From assembly GCA_051294375.1 (NCBI GenBank), contig CM119270.1:8481213-8545212 (forward strand): a stretch of 64,000 bases of DNA, given 5' to 3'. The position numbers were made by a program, and so were the translations under genes. A model generated the notes under the pieces. It was not told the origin of the DNA. It saw only the letters and a list, made by a program, of their open reading frames with translations, and searched no databases. The first letter of the stretch is position 1. Each line of letters opens with the position of its first letter. This stretch comes from Paraspadella gotoi (lineage: Eukaryota > Animalia > Chaetognatha). Below, piece after piece: positions 29,101 to 40,029 of the stretch.

Positions 29101-32100
29101 AACGGAAGGCTAGGTTTAGGGTTAGGGTTGGCGGAGGGGCCCGTGTGTTGAGCAACAAAGGCGGTTAGGGTTAGGGTTTGAGCATGGAGATGTACGGAGG
29201 CCCAGGCCCGGGTTAGGGTTAGGGGAGAGGCACAGAGTTGAACAGGACGTTTTGGTTTAGGGTTAGGTTGGGAGAGGAGCCTGTAGGTTGATGCCTCATC
29301 CCCGTGTTAGCTGCGCTTTTTCATTATATTCGCTACTTTATCACTGGCGAGGTCGCCAGTGGGGACTGGCGACATCGCCAAAGCCCTGGCGATATCGCCA
29401 TGGCGAAGTCGCCAACCAACTAGAACCTCGATATCAATTTGCAAAAAAAAAGAAAAAAAAACTTAAAAAAAATTTTTTTTCTTTCATTTTCATTAATTTT
29501 CCTTAAAATTGTTAATTTTTTATATAATTATATATATTCCAAATATATCTATGTTTAAAATTATAATTGAGTGTTTTCTCAAGATCTGAGAAAATGCTAT
29601 TAACAAAACTTTTATCGAAATAAAATTTTAAATCTTAAAACATTATGAATTTTGATTAACTCTTAAAGGATGAAATTAACTCTGTCTGTGAGCATTCTGA
29701 AAAGAGGAAAGAGCTGCGATCAGTGTTTGTTTGCTCTCTGACGCATTGGAAATTAAAGTTGATCCCGTTTGAATTTTTAACGAGGCGCTCTTTCAAGACT
29801 CAACGGAAAAAAAGGAAACGACAGGAAGGAAAGAGAAAAAAAAATATTCTTCCTGAAAAAAAAAAGTATATTCGTAAAACAAAAAAAAACAAACTGTGAG
29901 TGCAACGTAATTCACTGTGAAGGGTGAAGTGTCACCTTCCCGTGAGAGCAATGCCGTCGAAAAAAATCTCACCGCTACATTTCTTACTCTTTCATTAGAA
30001 CTTTTACTGTTACTTTTTACATCAGAGTCCTCGTCTTTTTCGGAAAGTCTGACACTCTTTCAAATCAGATACTCACCATTTATTTTTTTCTTTTCTCCTC
30101 TAAACTTTAAATTTCATTCTAGGAAAAACAGTTTTAATGTGGCACACGAATTTTATTGACAAGTAAGTCGGACATGTTTCGACTCTTATAGAGTTAGAGT
30201 CTTCATCAGCAAGTGATTTTTCACAACAACTTGTCTCTGTGAAAGTTGAGTTTGGTGTAGAGAGAGAGAGACAGAGAGAGAGGAGATTCCACAAAGAATT
30301 GAGTGAGAAGTGGTCAGATGTGAGGACAGTTCAAGCTAAGACAGGGGAAGTAGAAGTAAGATTGTGAAAATGAAAAAAAGAGAGAGAGAGAGAGAGACAC
30401 AAATTGAAATTAATACATTTAGTAATGTACAACAGAGAAATAAGAATAAATAAGTAAACTTAAAGATTAACTAAGTAATACTACTATTAACAACAATGAA
30501 AAATAAATTAGTAAAATGAAGTGAAATTGAAATGGAAGAATAAGTGGTTAGGATAGGTAAGTAAAGAGTTAGTGAAAGTAAGTAAAGAAAGAGCTCAAAA
30601 ATGAGCTGCCCCCCCGGCCGGGCAAATGGAGGACGTTGACGATAAGATCGGGTCATGGCCTGTCATAGGTTGAGAGGATATATTTTAGAGCGTGACATTC
30701 TGGGTCTGGTAAGGTTCCACTGGGAAAAATGCCAAGTGCCACTCGTATATCTCTTTGGCCTGATAAGCCTGCGACGGCCTCCTCTCACCTGACGGTGAGG
30801 CAGGCGGTTGCCTGTTCTGCCTGTTTTGATACAGGAGACACAGACTCCTCTCTCTCCTCCTGCAGCCGTCGTTTTGGGCGACGCTCGGTGCGAGGAGAGT
30901 CGTACCGAGTTGCTACAGGCTCGAGAAAGGTATCGGACATCCATTGCCTGCGAGAGGCCTCCGCCTGGCCCGTTGAGTAGGGACAGGGGAATCATTGTGC
31001 GGTTGGGTGGCTCTGGGCGTTCCACCACCATTTTGATAAGCGAATCATAGCTTGGAGGGAGTTCGAATCGTCCTCCATCACGGTTCAGAGAGGGCTCGAG
31101 GGCTCTTGATGTAAATTGCCTCTCTAATACCTCTTGAAAACCAGTTTTGGTCATGGGACAGCACGAGACAGTCAGTCTCTCTAAACAGATGGCCTGATGA
31201 TGCCGGTGTGCTCGGCAATAGCCGATAGAAAGTGACCATGTGAGTCACCGATAAGGCTTTGTGTGCTGCTTAAACGATCTGCTAGATATTTGCCTGTCTC
31301 CCCACGTATGCTGCTGTGCAGGGTTGTTGCCCGCGCCGGCACAGGCCGCCCAGTAGACGGCTCCTGATGTTTTCGGTCTGGGGATTTTGTCTTTCGTTTC
31401 ACCAAATGCTCACGGAGAGAGCCGCGGGTCGTCACTGAGCTGGAGATCCCCTGCTTTGCTAGCACCCGCACCAGAGCTTCAGTGATCCCCTGGTGGTAGG
31501 GAGGGAGACATGACCACGTTCTTGAGGCGCTTCTGCTTATCTCCACTTGCGCTGTGGTGGGCGCGGTCGGTCCTTCAGCAGCAAGGCCTCGTTCGTCTCC
31601 TCGGGGGGCGGAGGTTGAACCTGCGTTAGCGGCTACTTGGGCAGCCCCTTGGTGGCCACTGCCCTCAGCGAGGTCAGCCGAACCTTGCCTTCTCGAATGC
31701 CCACAGAGGGTAACCATGAGCGCCAGGGCTCTTTTGACATGCTCAAGCTCGGCGGCCTGGAGCTCGGGGGTCGACGGAATCAGAATAGCTCTTCTGGTAA
31801 GGGATCTGACCGTGGCGAGCTTGTGCGACAAGGCAGCATGCGAATCGAAGGGAATGTATTGATCAGTGTGCGTTGGTTTGCGATAGACAGAAAATTCCAA
31901 TGAGCCGCCCTCTCTGCGTTTTACAAAGCACATCGAGCATTGGAATTTCGCCATTCACCTCCTTTTCTGCATGTCCACTTGATGCTGCTTCAATGCTGTT
32001 CAGTGGGACAATAGGGTATCAACGAGATCCCTTCTCACGGCCAGAAATAGTATCATCCGCCTCCGATACCAGAAGAGAACTGAATCTGCCCCATGCAGAG

Positions 32101-35100
32101 ATCAAAAAGAAGCCAAGGCTTCCACCTCATAGTCCTCCATATAAAATCTGCCAGAGGACTTGAGGTTGATTTGCCCATCCCTAAGCCACCAGGCGGGCAT
32201 AGTACCGTCCATCGAACCTGAAGTACGCCAGTTCCAGGTCGAGCCGCAGCAATGCCATAATATCATCAATTGGATTGGCGTACGCTCGTGCAACAGCCGG
32301 TCTCCCTTCAGCGGCGTTCTGCGGAGGCTAACGCCAGTCCCTGAGGGATATTTGTAACATACTTTGTAAGTCGCACGAGACCAAGAGATGAGTATCAGGC
32401 ACTTTGATGTGCTGCAGTTTTTCCGTCAGATCGAGAGAATTTCTGAGGTGGTGTGGTCCTTCTTTTACTTACTTTCACTAACTCTTTACTTACCTATCCC
32501 TAACCACTTATTCTTCCATTTCAATTTCACTTCATTTTACTAATTTATTTTCATTGTTGTTAATAGTAGTATTACTTAGTTAATCTTTAAGTTTACTTAT
32601 TTATTCTTATTTTCTCTGTTGTACATTACTAAATGTATTAATTTCAATTTGTGTCTCTCTCTCTCTCTCTCTCTTTTTTTCTTTTTCACAATCTTACTTC
32701 TACTTCCCCTGTCCTTACTTGAAACGTTCACACATCTGACCACTTTCTCGCATCAATTTTTGTTGGAATCTCCCTCTCTTATCTGTCTCTCTCTCTCTCC
32801 ACCAAACTCAACTTTCACAGAGACAATTGTGTGCTGAAAATCACTTGCTGATGAAGACTCTAACTCTATAGAGTCGAAACATGTCCGACTTACTTGTCAA
32901 TAAAATTCGTTGCATTTTCAAAACTGTTTTTCCTAATGCTAAAAAACAACGAAATGAAGTCTATTACATAAAATTTCATTCTTAATGTTTTTCTAATTCC
33001 GTATGCTCTACGTATTTTCATTTGTTTGTTTTTATCTCTCAATCACAAAGTGAGGCTTAAATCATTCTCATTCCCATTGTCCTGAAGCTTAAATCATTCA
33101 CAATCACCTTTTCCCTTCCCCGTCTGGCTTAACGACCCCGGAACGGCGCTAAATCGTCTCATTGCAGAAGTCGACGACGTCAAATGCTCATTTCGCGACA
33201 ATCCCATCGGCGACGACGACAGCGACGACGACGACGACGCCTTTTGTTCGTCTAGTTCGAGTCGCCGAGACAATGAGTCACGCCGCCAATAGGCTTTTCG
33301 TTAAACGAATCCGGATGTCACAAAAATCAACAAAAGGGCATACAACGTACGTCGAAGGGAGGAGAGAAAAAGAAAGCGCTTCGTTAGATTACAAATTGGA
33401 TTAAAAGCGCGAAAGGGTAAAATGTAAAATGTTGAAAGATCTGTCTCTATTAATAACTTACAACTTATTTTGAGATATATTGAGATAAATTGTGAAACTC
33501 TTTACCTCCTTCGTTCAAAGACGAATCGTTCATGCTGTTTTCTTTGCTGCGACTTTTCGTCTGAATAAAGAAACGGATTTTCAGGAATTCAAATTGAATA
33601 CGAAAGTCGCAAATTACGCAAAGAAGATTGCGTATTTGCATCAAGCGACAAAAAAAAAATGATCATTTGCAATTAGAATCGGACGAATGGATGAACGTGA
33701 TCCGATTTTACGTATGCACATTGCACACTGTGCACACTGTGCATTGCACAGAGTCGGTTTTTTATTAAAATGTATATTTTATATTTTTATATTTTATTAA
33801 AATAAAATTAAATTAAAATACCCCGGCTTTTCTTACGTTTGTTTTTTATTGTTTTAGTAATTCATTTTCAGTTACCTTTGACATAACTTTCTTGGCTTTC
33901 CTCATCAGAGTTGAACCGATGCCTTTCGACCTGGAAAACAAAAAAATACGGACAGTAACTAAAAAAAAACTTCCTCCCTGGAAAACATAACCTCCCATCC
34001 CAGGAACATTTGGACCTCCACAATAACCTAAATCTCATCGAACCTCTACTCACTTCTTGCCCTCCTTATTGCTCGGCATCTCCTTGTACTGATTCATGAT
34101 CTTATCCTCCAACTTTTCCTTCTGTCTTTGCAGATTGTTCAGCTTCTCTCGATATTGCTTCTCGTTCTCGTGAAAGTTCTCCTTGCTGTCCAGCGCGTTC
34201 TGCAGCAGCTCGGCGTTTTGAGCGATCATGTGCTGCAACTGCAGCATGAGGTTGCGGTTGTCCTCCTCAAGTCTCTCGTTTGCGGTTTCTGACGGGAAGC
34301 GATGGATTAAAAAAAAATTAAGAAACTCGGCGTAGAATAATTTAATGAGATTAATGCGTGGGTGTTAGTTTCTAATCGGATATTATTGCATACGATTTCG
34401 CTCTGCTTCCAGTATAGAATCGCAGTACCGTAGGATATTATTGCATACGATTTCGCTCTGCTTCCAGTATAGAAACGCAGTACCGTAGGATATTATTGTA
34501 TACGATTTAGTTCTGCTTCCAGTATAGAAACCCAGTACCGTAGGTGTCGCATTTGTTGGCGATTTTGTGCAACTGCACGTCCATCTCGTTGTAGACGCCT
34601 CTGAAATCCTCCAACTCTGTCTTGACTTTCTCGTGGTCTCGCTCAAGCTCATCCTTGCTTTCTTCCAAGACGAGTTTTTCTGGGTGAGAATGAATTTGTA
34701 GCATGAGTATGAAGTCAATCTATGGAGGGTCGTTTTGTCGGTGAATGGATGAATGATGGAATAAATGAAAAAATATAGTTTTCAAACTGTGAAACTGAGA
34801 ATCCATCTTAATAAATAAATAAATAAATAAATCATCTAATCAATATATAAATCAAGCATTGAGTCAATCAAAAAATCAATCAATCAATCACTCTTCTCAC
34901 CTTGCTCCATTTTCTCCAACTCTTCCTTTAGTCCAGCATCTCCCCCTTTTCTCTCGTTCCTTTTCCTCATCGTTTCGTTTTCCTTCACCAGTTTTTCCCG
35001 ACTTTTTTTCAAGTCGGCCGTGTTCCTCGTCAGGGCATCGGTTTCTGAATTTATTGTTTTTCGTGGTATTTAGTTTGTAGACAAACGTTTAATTTTAACA

Positions 35101-36916
35101 CGACTAAACTATGTTTTTATTAAAGTTATCTGATTTAAAATTAATAGTAATATTACACTTATTAAATAATTTTACTTAATAAATTGATAAAAAAATGTAT
35201 TAAACAATTCTTTGAATCTATAATTAACATAATATACAGCATTTTGCTGAGAGTGTGCTTCTTCTCTACGTTGAAGTCTCACCAGACTTGAGTTTGTCTC
35301 TTTCTTCTTCCAGTTTTTCTTGATTCTTCATCAAAGTCGCGTTGGTTTCCCTCAATGAGAAAATCTCTTTCTTTGTCGAAGATTTTTGAGACATTAACGA
35401 AGAAATCTGATGGTAGAAAAAACATAAACAGCGTCATTGACGGAAGATGCTCCAAAAATTAATGTTTTAAATAGCTTTGCACATATTTTCTATAAAGATT
35501 TTTACACGGAATGCTACAAAACCTCGAAATTGTATGTACAATAGAAAATAGAAATACTAATTGTCATGATAAAATACAACGTAACATGCGATATCCTTTC
35601 AACTCGCCTGTGATTCCAACATGGCCACCTCCACCCTCAGCTTTCCCGCCTCTTCCTTCCTCTCCGCTTCCGCCCTGACAGCCTCCGCCGCATCCCGCCG
35701 CGCCGCAGCCAGCTCCGCTTTGGCGCCGTCGAGATTTTTCTCCAACGTCGATTTGGACTCAGAGTGGGAGCGGTTCTCGGCCGCCAGGGTCGCGTTCTGG
35801 TAAGTGAGGGGGGGAAAGGGGCGGGTTATGGGTTGAGTAGCGATGGGTTAGCGGGTCGGAGAGTGGGAAAAGCGAATGAAGAAAAATAACAAATAGAAAA
35901 ATATGAAAATATGAAAGAAATAAAAAGTGAAATAAGATGAAATATAAAAAAGAAAAAGTAAAATAAAAAATAGAAAGAAAGAAAAAGGGGAAGGCTTGCA
36001 GGTATGGCTTCTTATTATTAATTAACTGCACATGAACCTTACCGTTCGCTCCAACTCCAACAGCTTATCCTTCAGCTCCAGCAGCTGCCGCTGCGTCCTC
36101 ACTGTCTCTTTGGCCGTCGTAATGATGGAGCCGTGGCGGTCGCGGGTCACGCCGCCCACAACGTCAGGCGGTTGGAGATGAGGATCTGATGGAGGGATAG
36201 AAAGAAAGAGAGTTAAGCTGGACAAATGCAAACAGATAGATATGTAATGAAGATAGCCATTGAGATATTGAAGCAAATAAATTGAAAGAGAGAGAGAAAG
36301 CTACATAGGTATATCGATAGATAAATTCCTCGCCAGGACTGATTTTCAATATAAGTTTTTAATAAAAAACTAAATTATTGATAAAAATAGGATTTCACAA
36401 TATTTTGTTCGAGTCAAAAAGAAACAAACAAACCAACGCTGACCTTTGATCTCCGCCATCTTTTTTCTCAATTCTTCCACGTCTTCCTCCAACTGTTGGT
36501 TCTTCATGTGGCTTTCCTCCAAACGCACCTTCAGATCTTCCAGCTCCTCTTCGCTCGAAACTCCCATCAGTTTCGCCGCCAACTTCTTTGTCTTTTCTCG
36601 AAGACTGCAAAGATACGCGAAGTGAGATTGACCAATGACCATAATAACTTGTACAATGTACATTGTACAATTTACATTGAATTTCAGAGATCAACACATG
36701 AAAACTTTTTTTGAAACACAATGATTAGCAGTCACCTTTCCTCGTTTTCGTCGTCCAATCGCTGAACGTCTTTTGTTTCTAAACCTAAAGATTTGAGACC
36801 CGAAGTCAGCGCCTCCATCTCTTGGCGAAGGTCGTCCGAAACTCTTTTCTCATCCGCCAGGGTCTGATAAGTGGGAGAAAATGAGTGGTAGGGGGTGGAA
36901 GGGAGAGAGAGAGAGA

Positions 36917-36957
<41 letters not shown>

Positions 36958-36958
36958 G

Positions 36959-36994
<36 letters not shown>

Positions 36995-37738
36995 AAGAAA
37001 ACCTGGTTCAAAATCCTTAATGGCCTTGGATTCGTCTTCCCTCTTCGCTTTCGTCTCTTCCATTTCCTTGTCGAACTCAGCTTTGTCTTTGTCCAACTGT
37101 TGCCTCTCATTGTCCAAGTCTTCCTTCTTCTTGTCCAAGTCTTTGATCTTATCCTCGACGTTGGTTCGTTTCTCCTCGTGTTTTTGGAGGACGCAGATCT
37201 CGCGTTCGATCGCTGCGTGGGGGGGGGAATTAGAAAGCGTGGGGGAAGGTGAGATGGAGAGAAGGGATTTGGTAAGTCGAGGGAAAGGAGAGTGAATAGC
37301 AGGCGACCTTACCCAGGAAGATATTTTAATAGAATTTAAAACGAGTCAATCTTTTCCAAAATTCAAAATTATATCTTTCTCTTTCCATGCGAATAAATTC
37401 AATTTAATTCAGTTCAGTTTATTTTTGAATTTAAGTAGAAAGAAGATCGACAATCTTAAAAAAAAAAATAGTCTTCAAAGGTTTCACACGGTCTACAGTT
37501 TCTTTTCAAAATAAATATTTCCGCGTCTTCCCTCGGAACTCCCCCTTCGAATAGTCATTTCAACTCAGGCATAGGAAAAAAAGAGAATTCGTCCAAAAAA
37601 AAAAAAGGGAAACAGAAAAAAAAAGAAAAAAGAAACAGATTTTATCTGCGTCCGATTTCTTTTGTTTAGTCCTTTCCCCTGAAGGATTTACCTAGAAAAA
37701 ATTGGAGGCTTGGATGAAAATGAATGAATGAAGAGAGA

Positions 37739-37769
<31 letters not shown>

Positions 37770-39390
37770 CGAGACAGATGAGAACGCCCAGATGACCCGA
37801 GAGAAGTGGATCTTTCGAGAGAGAGCGTACGCAACCGACGACTCCGAAAGATGAGAGAAAGCACAACGCAGGAGGGAGAAGAGGGGAGAGAGCGGAAGAA
37901 CGAGAGACAGACAAAAGAGTGAGACGGAATGGACACGAAATAAGCCACAGCGGAAAAACTTTTTTTAACAGCGAGGTTTGAAACTTTTTTTCATTTATCT
38001 TGAATAAATTAAAAAAGGCCAGGAATTTTGTGTGCGAAGGATTGCCCAGGATTGATGGTAAGGGGTTTCGTTTGTAAGAGAAAGAGAGAGAGAGAGACTG
38101 AGGGATATCCTCCGGTTACCCTTTAAAAATTAGGCTAAAACTTCCTGAGAAAATCCACAGTAAACACTGCCATGTTTTCTTTCTGACATTTGGGATGTTA
38201 AAACGTTCGCAACTTCCAACTCACTTGTACGATCGATTAGATCCTTTCAAGGGGTATTGGTAGTAGAATACCACATGTCATGTATATATTACTTTACCCG
38301 AAATCCTGGTGAGGTTATCATCTATCATAGATTCTTTTGTCTTCAATGCCGATTTGAGTCTTTTGTTTTCCTTTTCACTCGAGCGACAATATGCGACAAG
38401 GTTCGCCTTTTCCGCCTCTAATTCATCGCACTCCTGGCGGCCGAAAAAGAAAAGAAAAATTAAAGTAACTCTCACAATTTGTATGCGAGTATTATGGATC
38501 GGAATAAAATCTTTCGCTGGAAAGTATATATAAAATTGTATCTCATTTAATTTTTATGACGTAACAGCCAAACAACGTCTTTAAACCATAATAAATGAAA
38601 AAAGTTTAAGTAAAATGTTAATCAATTTAATTTATTTGCACGTAAAAATCAATAGACTTTCTCCAGCTGCAACGTCAAATACATTCGACCTTTAAAAATT
38701 TATAACCTTCTCGAGGTTTTCCGCTTGTAGTGCCGCGTTCTTTAAATACGCCACTGCTTGGTTCAACCTCTCGTTCTCCTTCGCCAAATCTCTGTTCTCC
38801 CGTTCCAACATTTCTTCCAAGCTTTCTTCTTCCTTCTGAAAAGATTTATTAGATTTATATTTCACCGAGGAAAAAAGTTTCGTTTTCAATTTCAACGATA
38901 GAATGTTATTTGTTTGTTGGTTCCAATATTTGTCAATAAAACAATCCTGACTTAGATTCCGATACTAAAACTGATTTACTTAAAAGATTTTTACCTCCTA
39001 TGGCGGAAGGACATTAACAATAAAAGCTCTAGATAATTAGATATCTTTATCTCATTAATAATTTAGTATTTACAAAAATTATAGCGCCTTATGAGAAGTT
39101 TAAATGTTTAAAGTGCTCCTTCGATTTTGATTTGTCTTGAACTTGTATGAATAAATCAATACTAATTTACTAAAGATCACCACCATAAAACCGGATACGG
39201 ATGCAATAAAGCAATATTTGTAGCCTTGTACTCAAATATAATAGTAACAATACATTTTTTTGGATGAAAAACATTATTTTTTTGTTAAATTTGAAGAGAA
39301 AAAATCCAATTGTCTACATACTAACAAAACATTGAAGACGACTTATAGAATCGAGAAACCGAATTCTCTCTCTCCTCACTCTTTCTCTCT

Positions 39391-39442
<52 letters not shown>

Positions 39443-39620
39443 AAGCGGAACGAAAAACCATTAGGTTACTCACCCCGTCTTCCGACGGGTGTTGTCAATA
39501 CTTACCTGTTTAATTCGTAAACAATTCACGTCAAAACTTTTAACTTACGGGATAAAGTTTGGAGTTATTGTTCGAGTTATGGTTCGCCGTCAACGACGAT
39601 TTCAAGATGGCCGATTCCAT
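24676..39620 (-). CDS. CCDC88: Girdin/Daple family (CCDC88) multi-exon coiled-coil gene; N-terminal HOOK domain not seen in window
   Basis: Manually spliced GT-AG exons (approx.): 39549-39620 (candidate first exon), 38707-38835, 38298-38433, ~37003-37212, ~36736-36864, ~36435-36605, ~36043-36166, ~35608-35796, ~35283-35407, ~34901-35044 (uncertain), 34539-34679, 34054-34288, 33876-33930, ~33506-33560, ~33108-33292, 26868-27081, 26436-26545, 26326-26357, 26193-26252, ~25524-25807, 24676-~25391. Diagnostic peptides: LEEDNRNLMLQLQHMIAQNAELLQNALDSKENFHENEKQYREKLNNLQRQKEKLEDKIMNQYK (Girdin conserved block), GBA motif, terminal NSTWFEYGCV-TGA. Several 3' exons carry apparent sequencing indels. Confidence 0.93.
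26436..26545 (-). CDS. CCDC88: Girdin/Daple exon encoding the G-alpha-binding and activating (GBA) motif
   Basis: ttag| acceptor and AAG|gtgcgt donor. Encodes SPVTSAPRSLPRNPGTSDLMTLSQFLAENGAAVDPK; core MTLSQFLAE matches the GBA consensus (Girdin VTLQQFLEE). Confidence 0.88.
27598..29427. mobile_element. 1.8-kb foldback: two inverted copies of a non-autonomous TIR element containing (CCCTAA)-based minisatellite
   Basis: Begins GGTTCTAGTT..TGGCGATTTCGCCA and ends TGGCGAAGTCGCCA..AACTAGAACC. Arms ~27598-28620 and ~28678-29427. Each arm has its own inner TIR (GGCGAAATCGCCATAACTAGAA). Internal ~120-bp units are made of ~40-bp subunits each with CCCTAACCCTAA. No ORF, no evident TSD. Confidence 0.75.
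30168..30212 (-). ncRNA. Minimal type I hammerhead ribozyme in the 3' pLTR
   Basis: Minus strand: ttg CTGATGA A GACTC taactctataa GAGTC GAAA CATGTC cga. Core CUGAUGA/GAAA, 5-bp stem II, palindromic ACATGT stem III, GUC cleavage triplet, short stem I. Confidence 0.85.
30663..32450 (-). pseudogene. Frameshifted Penelope-like RT/GIY-YIG coding remnant
   Basis: ORFs 32102-32293, 31181-31954 and 30663-31154 each carry pieces of the RT core, thumb and GIY-YIG domains in different frames. The region is GC-richer than the flanks. Confidence 0.85.
32845..32888 (+). ncRNA. Minimal type I hammerhead ribozyme in the inverted 5' pLTR
   Basis: ttg CTGATGA A GACTC taactctata GAGTC GAAA CATGTC cga (CTGATGA at 32848-32854, GAAAC at 32876-32880), followed by AATAAAATTCGTTGCA. 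Confidence 0.87.
34054..34288 (-). CDS. CCDC88: Girdin/Daple exon encoding the most conserved coiled-coil block
   Basis: Acceptor cttcccgtcag, donor AA|gtgagt. Translation ETANERLEEDNRNL...QRQKEKLEDKIMNQYKEMPSNKEGK resembles my recollection of vertebrate Girdin LEEENRHLL...RRQKEKLEEKIMDQYK. Phases agree with both neighbouring exons. Confidence 0.93.
34378..34542. repeat. 55-bp x3 tandem repeat overlapping a Girdin splice donor
   Basis: Unit ggatattattgcatacgatttcgctctgcttccagtatagaatcgcagtaccgta, three copies. Confidence 0.92.
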
Positions 39621-39928
39621 TTTCGACGTCGAATTTGTTTTGTTCTTTCCAATGTTTGTTTATGTTTACCAAAGTCGATTTCTCGTTATCACTATCTCGG
39701 CGGGGTGTCTTTCTGGAATTTTTTCCATTTTATTGTTAATGAAGTTCTTAGCTTGCTTGTTTTGGCTTAATATATGTACGCTTTTTTAATAATCGGCAGC
39801 GATATTATTGTTTATTCTGGAAAAAAAAATATAAAAAATGTCAAAAAATGTTTTTCTCCTTCGATATTACTTTAGATAAATTCAAACTCAAAGAGTGTTT
39901 GAGAAAAAAATATTCGCTTCTTGATGCG

Positions 39929-40029
<101 letters not shown>

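Larger units (their letters stand above)
30121..32970 (-). mobile_element. 5'-truncated Penelope-like retroelement (RT + GIY-YIG) with inverted pLTRs and 12-bp TSD
   Basis: Minus-strand frames give SLEFSVYRKPTHTDQYIPFDSHAALSHKLATVRSLTRRA (PLE RT thumb), LYMEDYE (RT), and GETGKYLADRL...SAIAEH...PSLNRDGGRFELPPSY (GIY-YIG). Inverted ~470-bp repeats at 30121-30590 and 32460-32934. AAATTTCATTCT directly repeated at 30109-30120 and 32971-32982. Confidence 0.92.

Noticed and set aside
27760-29270. Telomere or telomere-fusion site
   Set aside because: CCCTAA units come in pairs inside a higher-order repeat bounded by TIRs within an intron. The orientation (CCCTAA then TTAGGG) is opposite to an end-to-end fusion.
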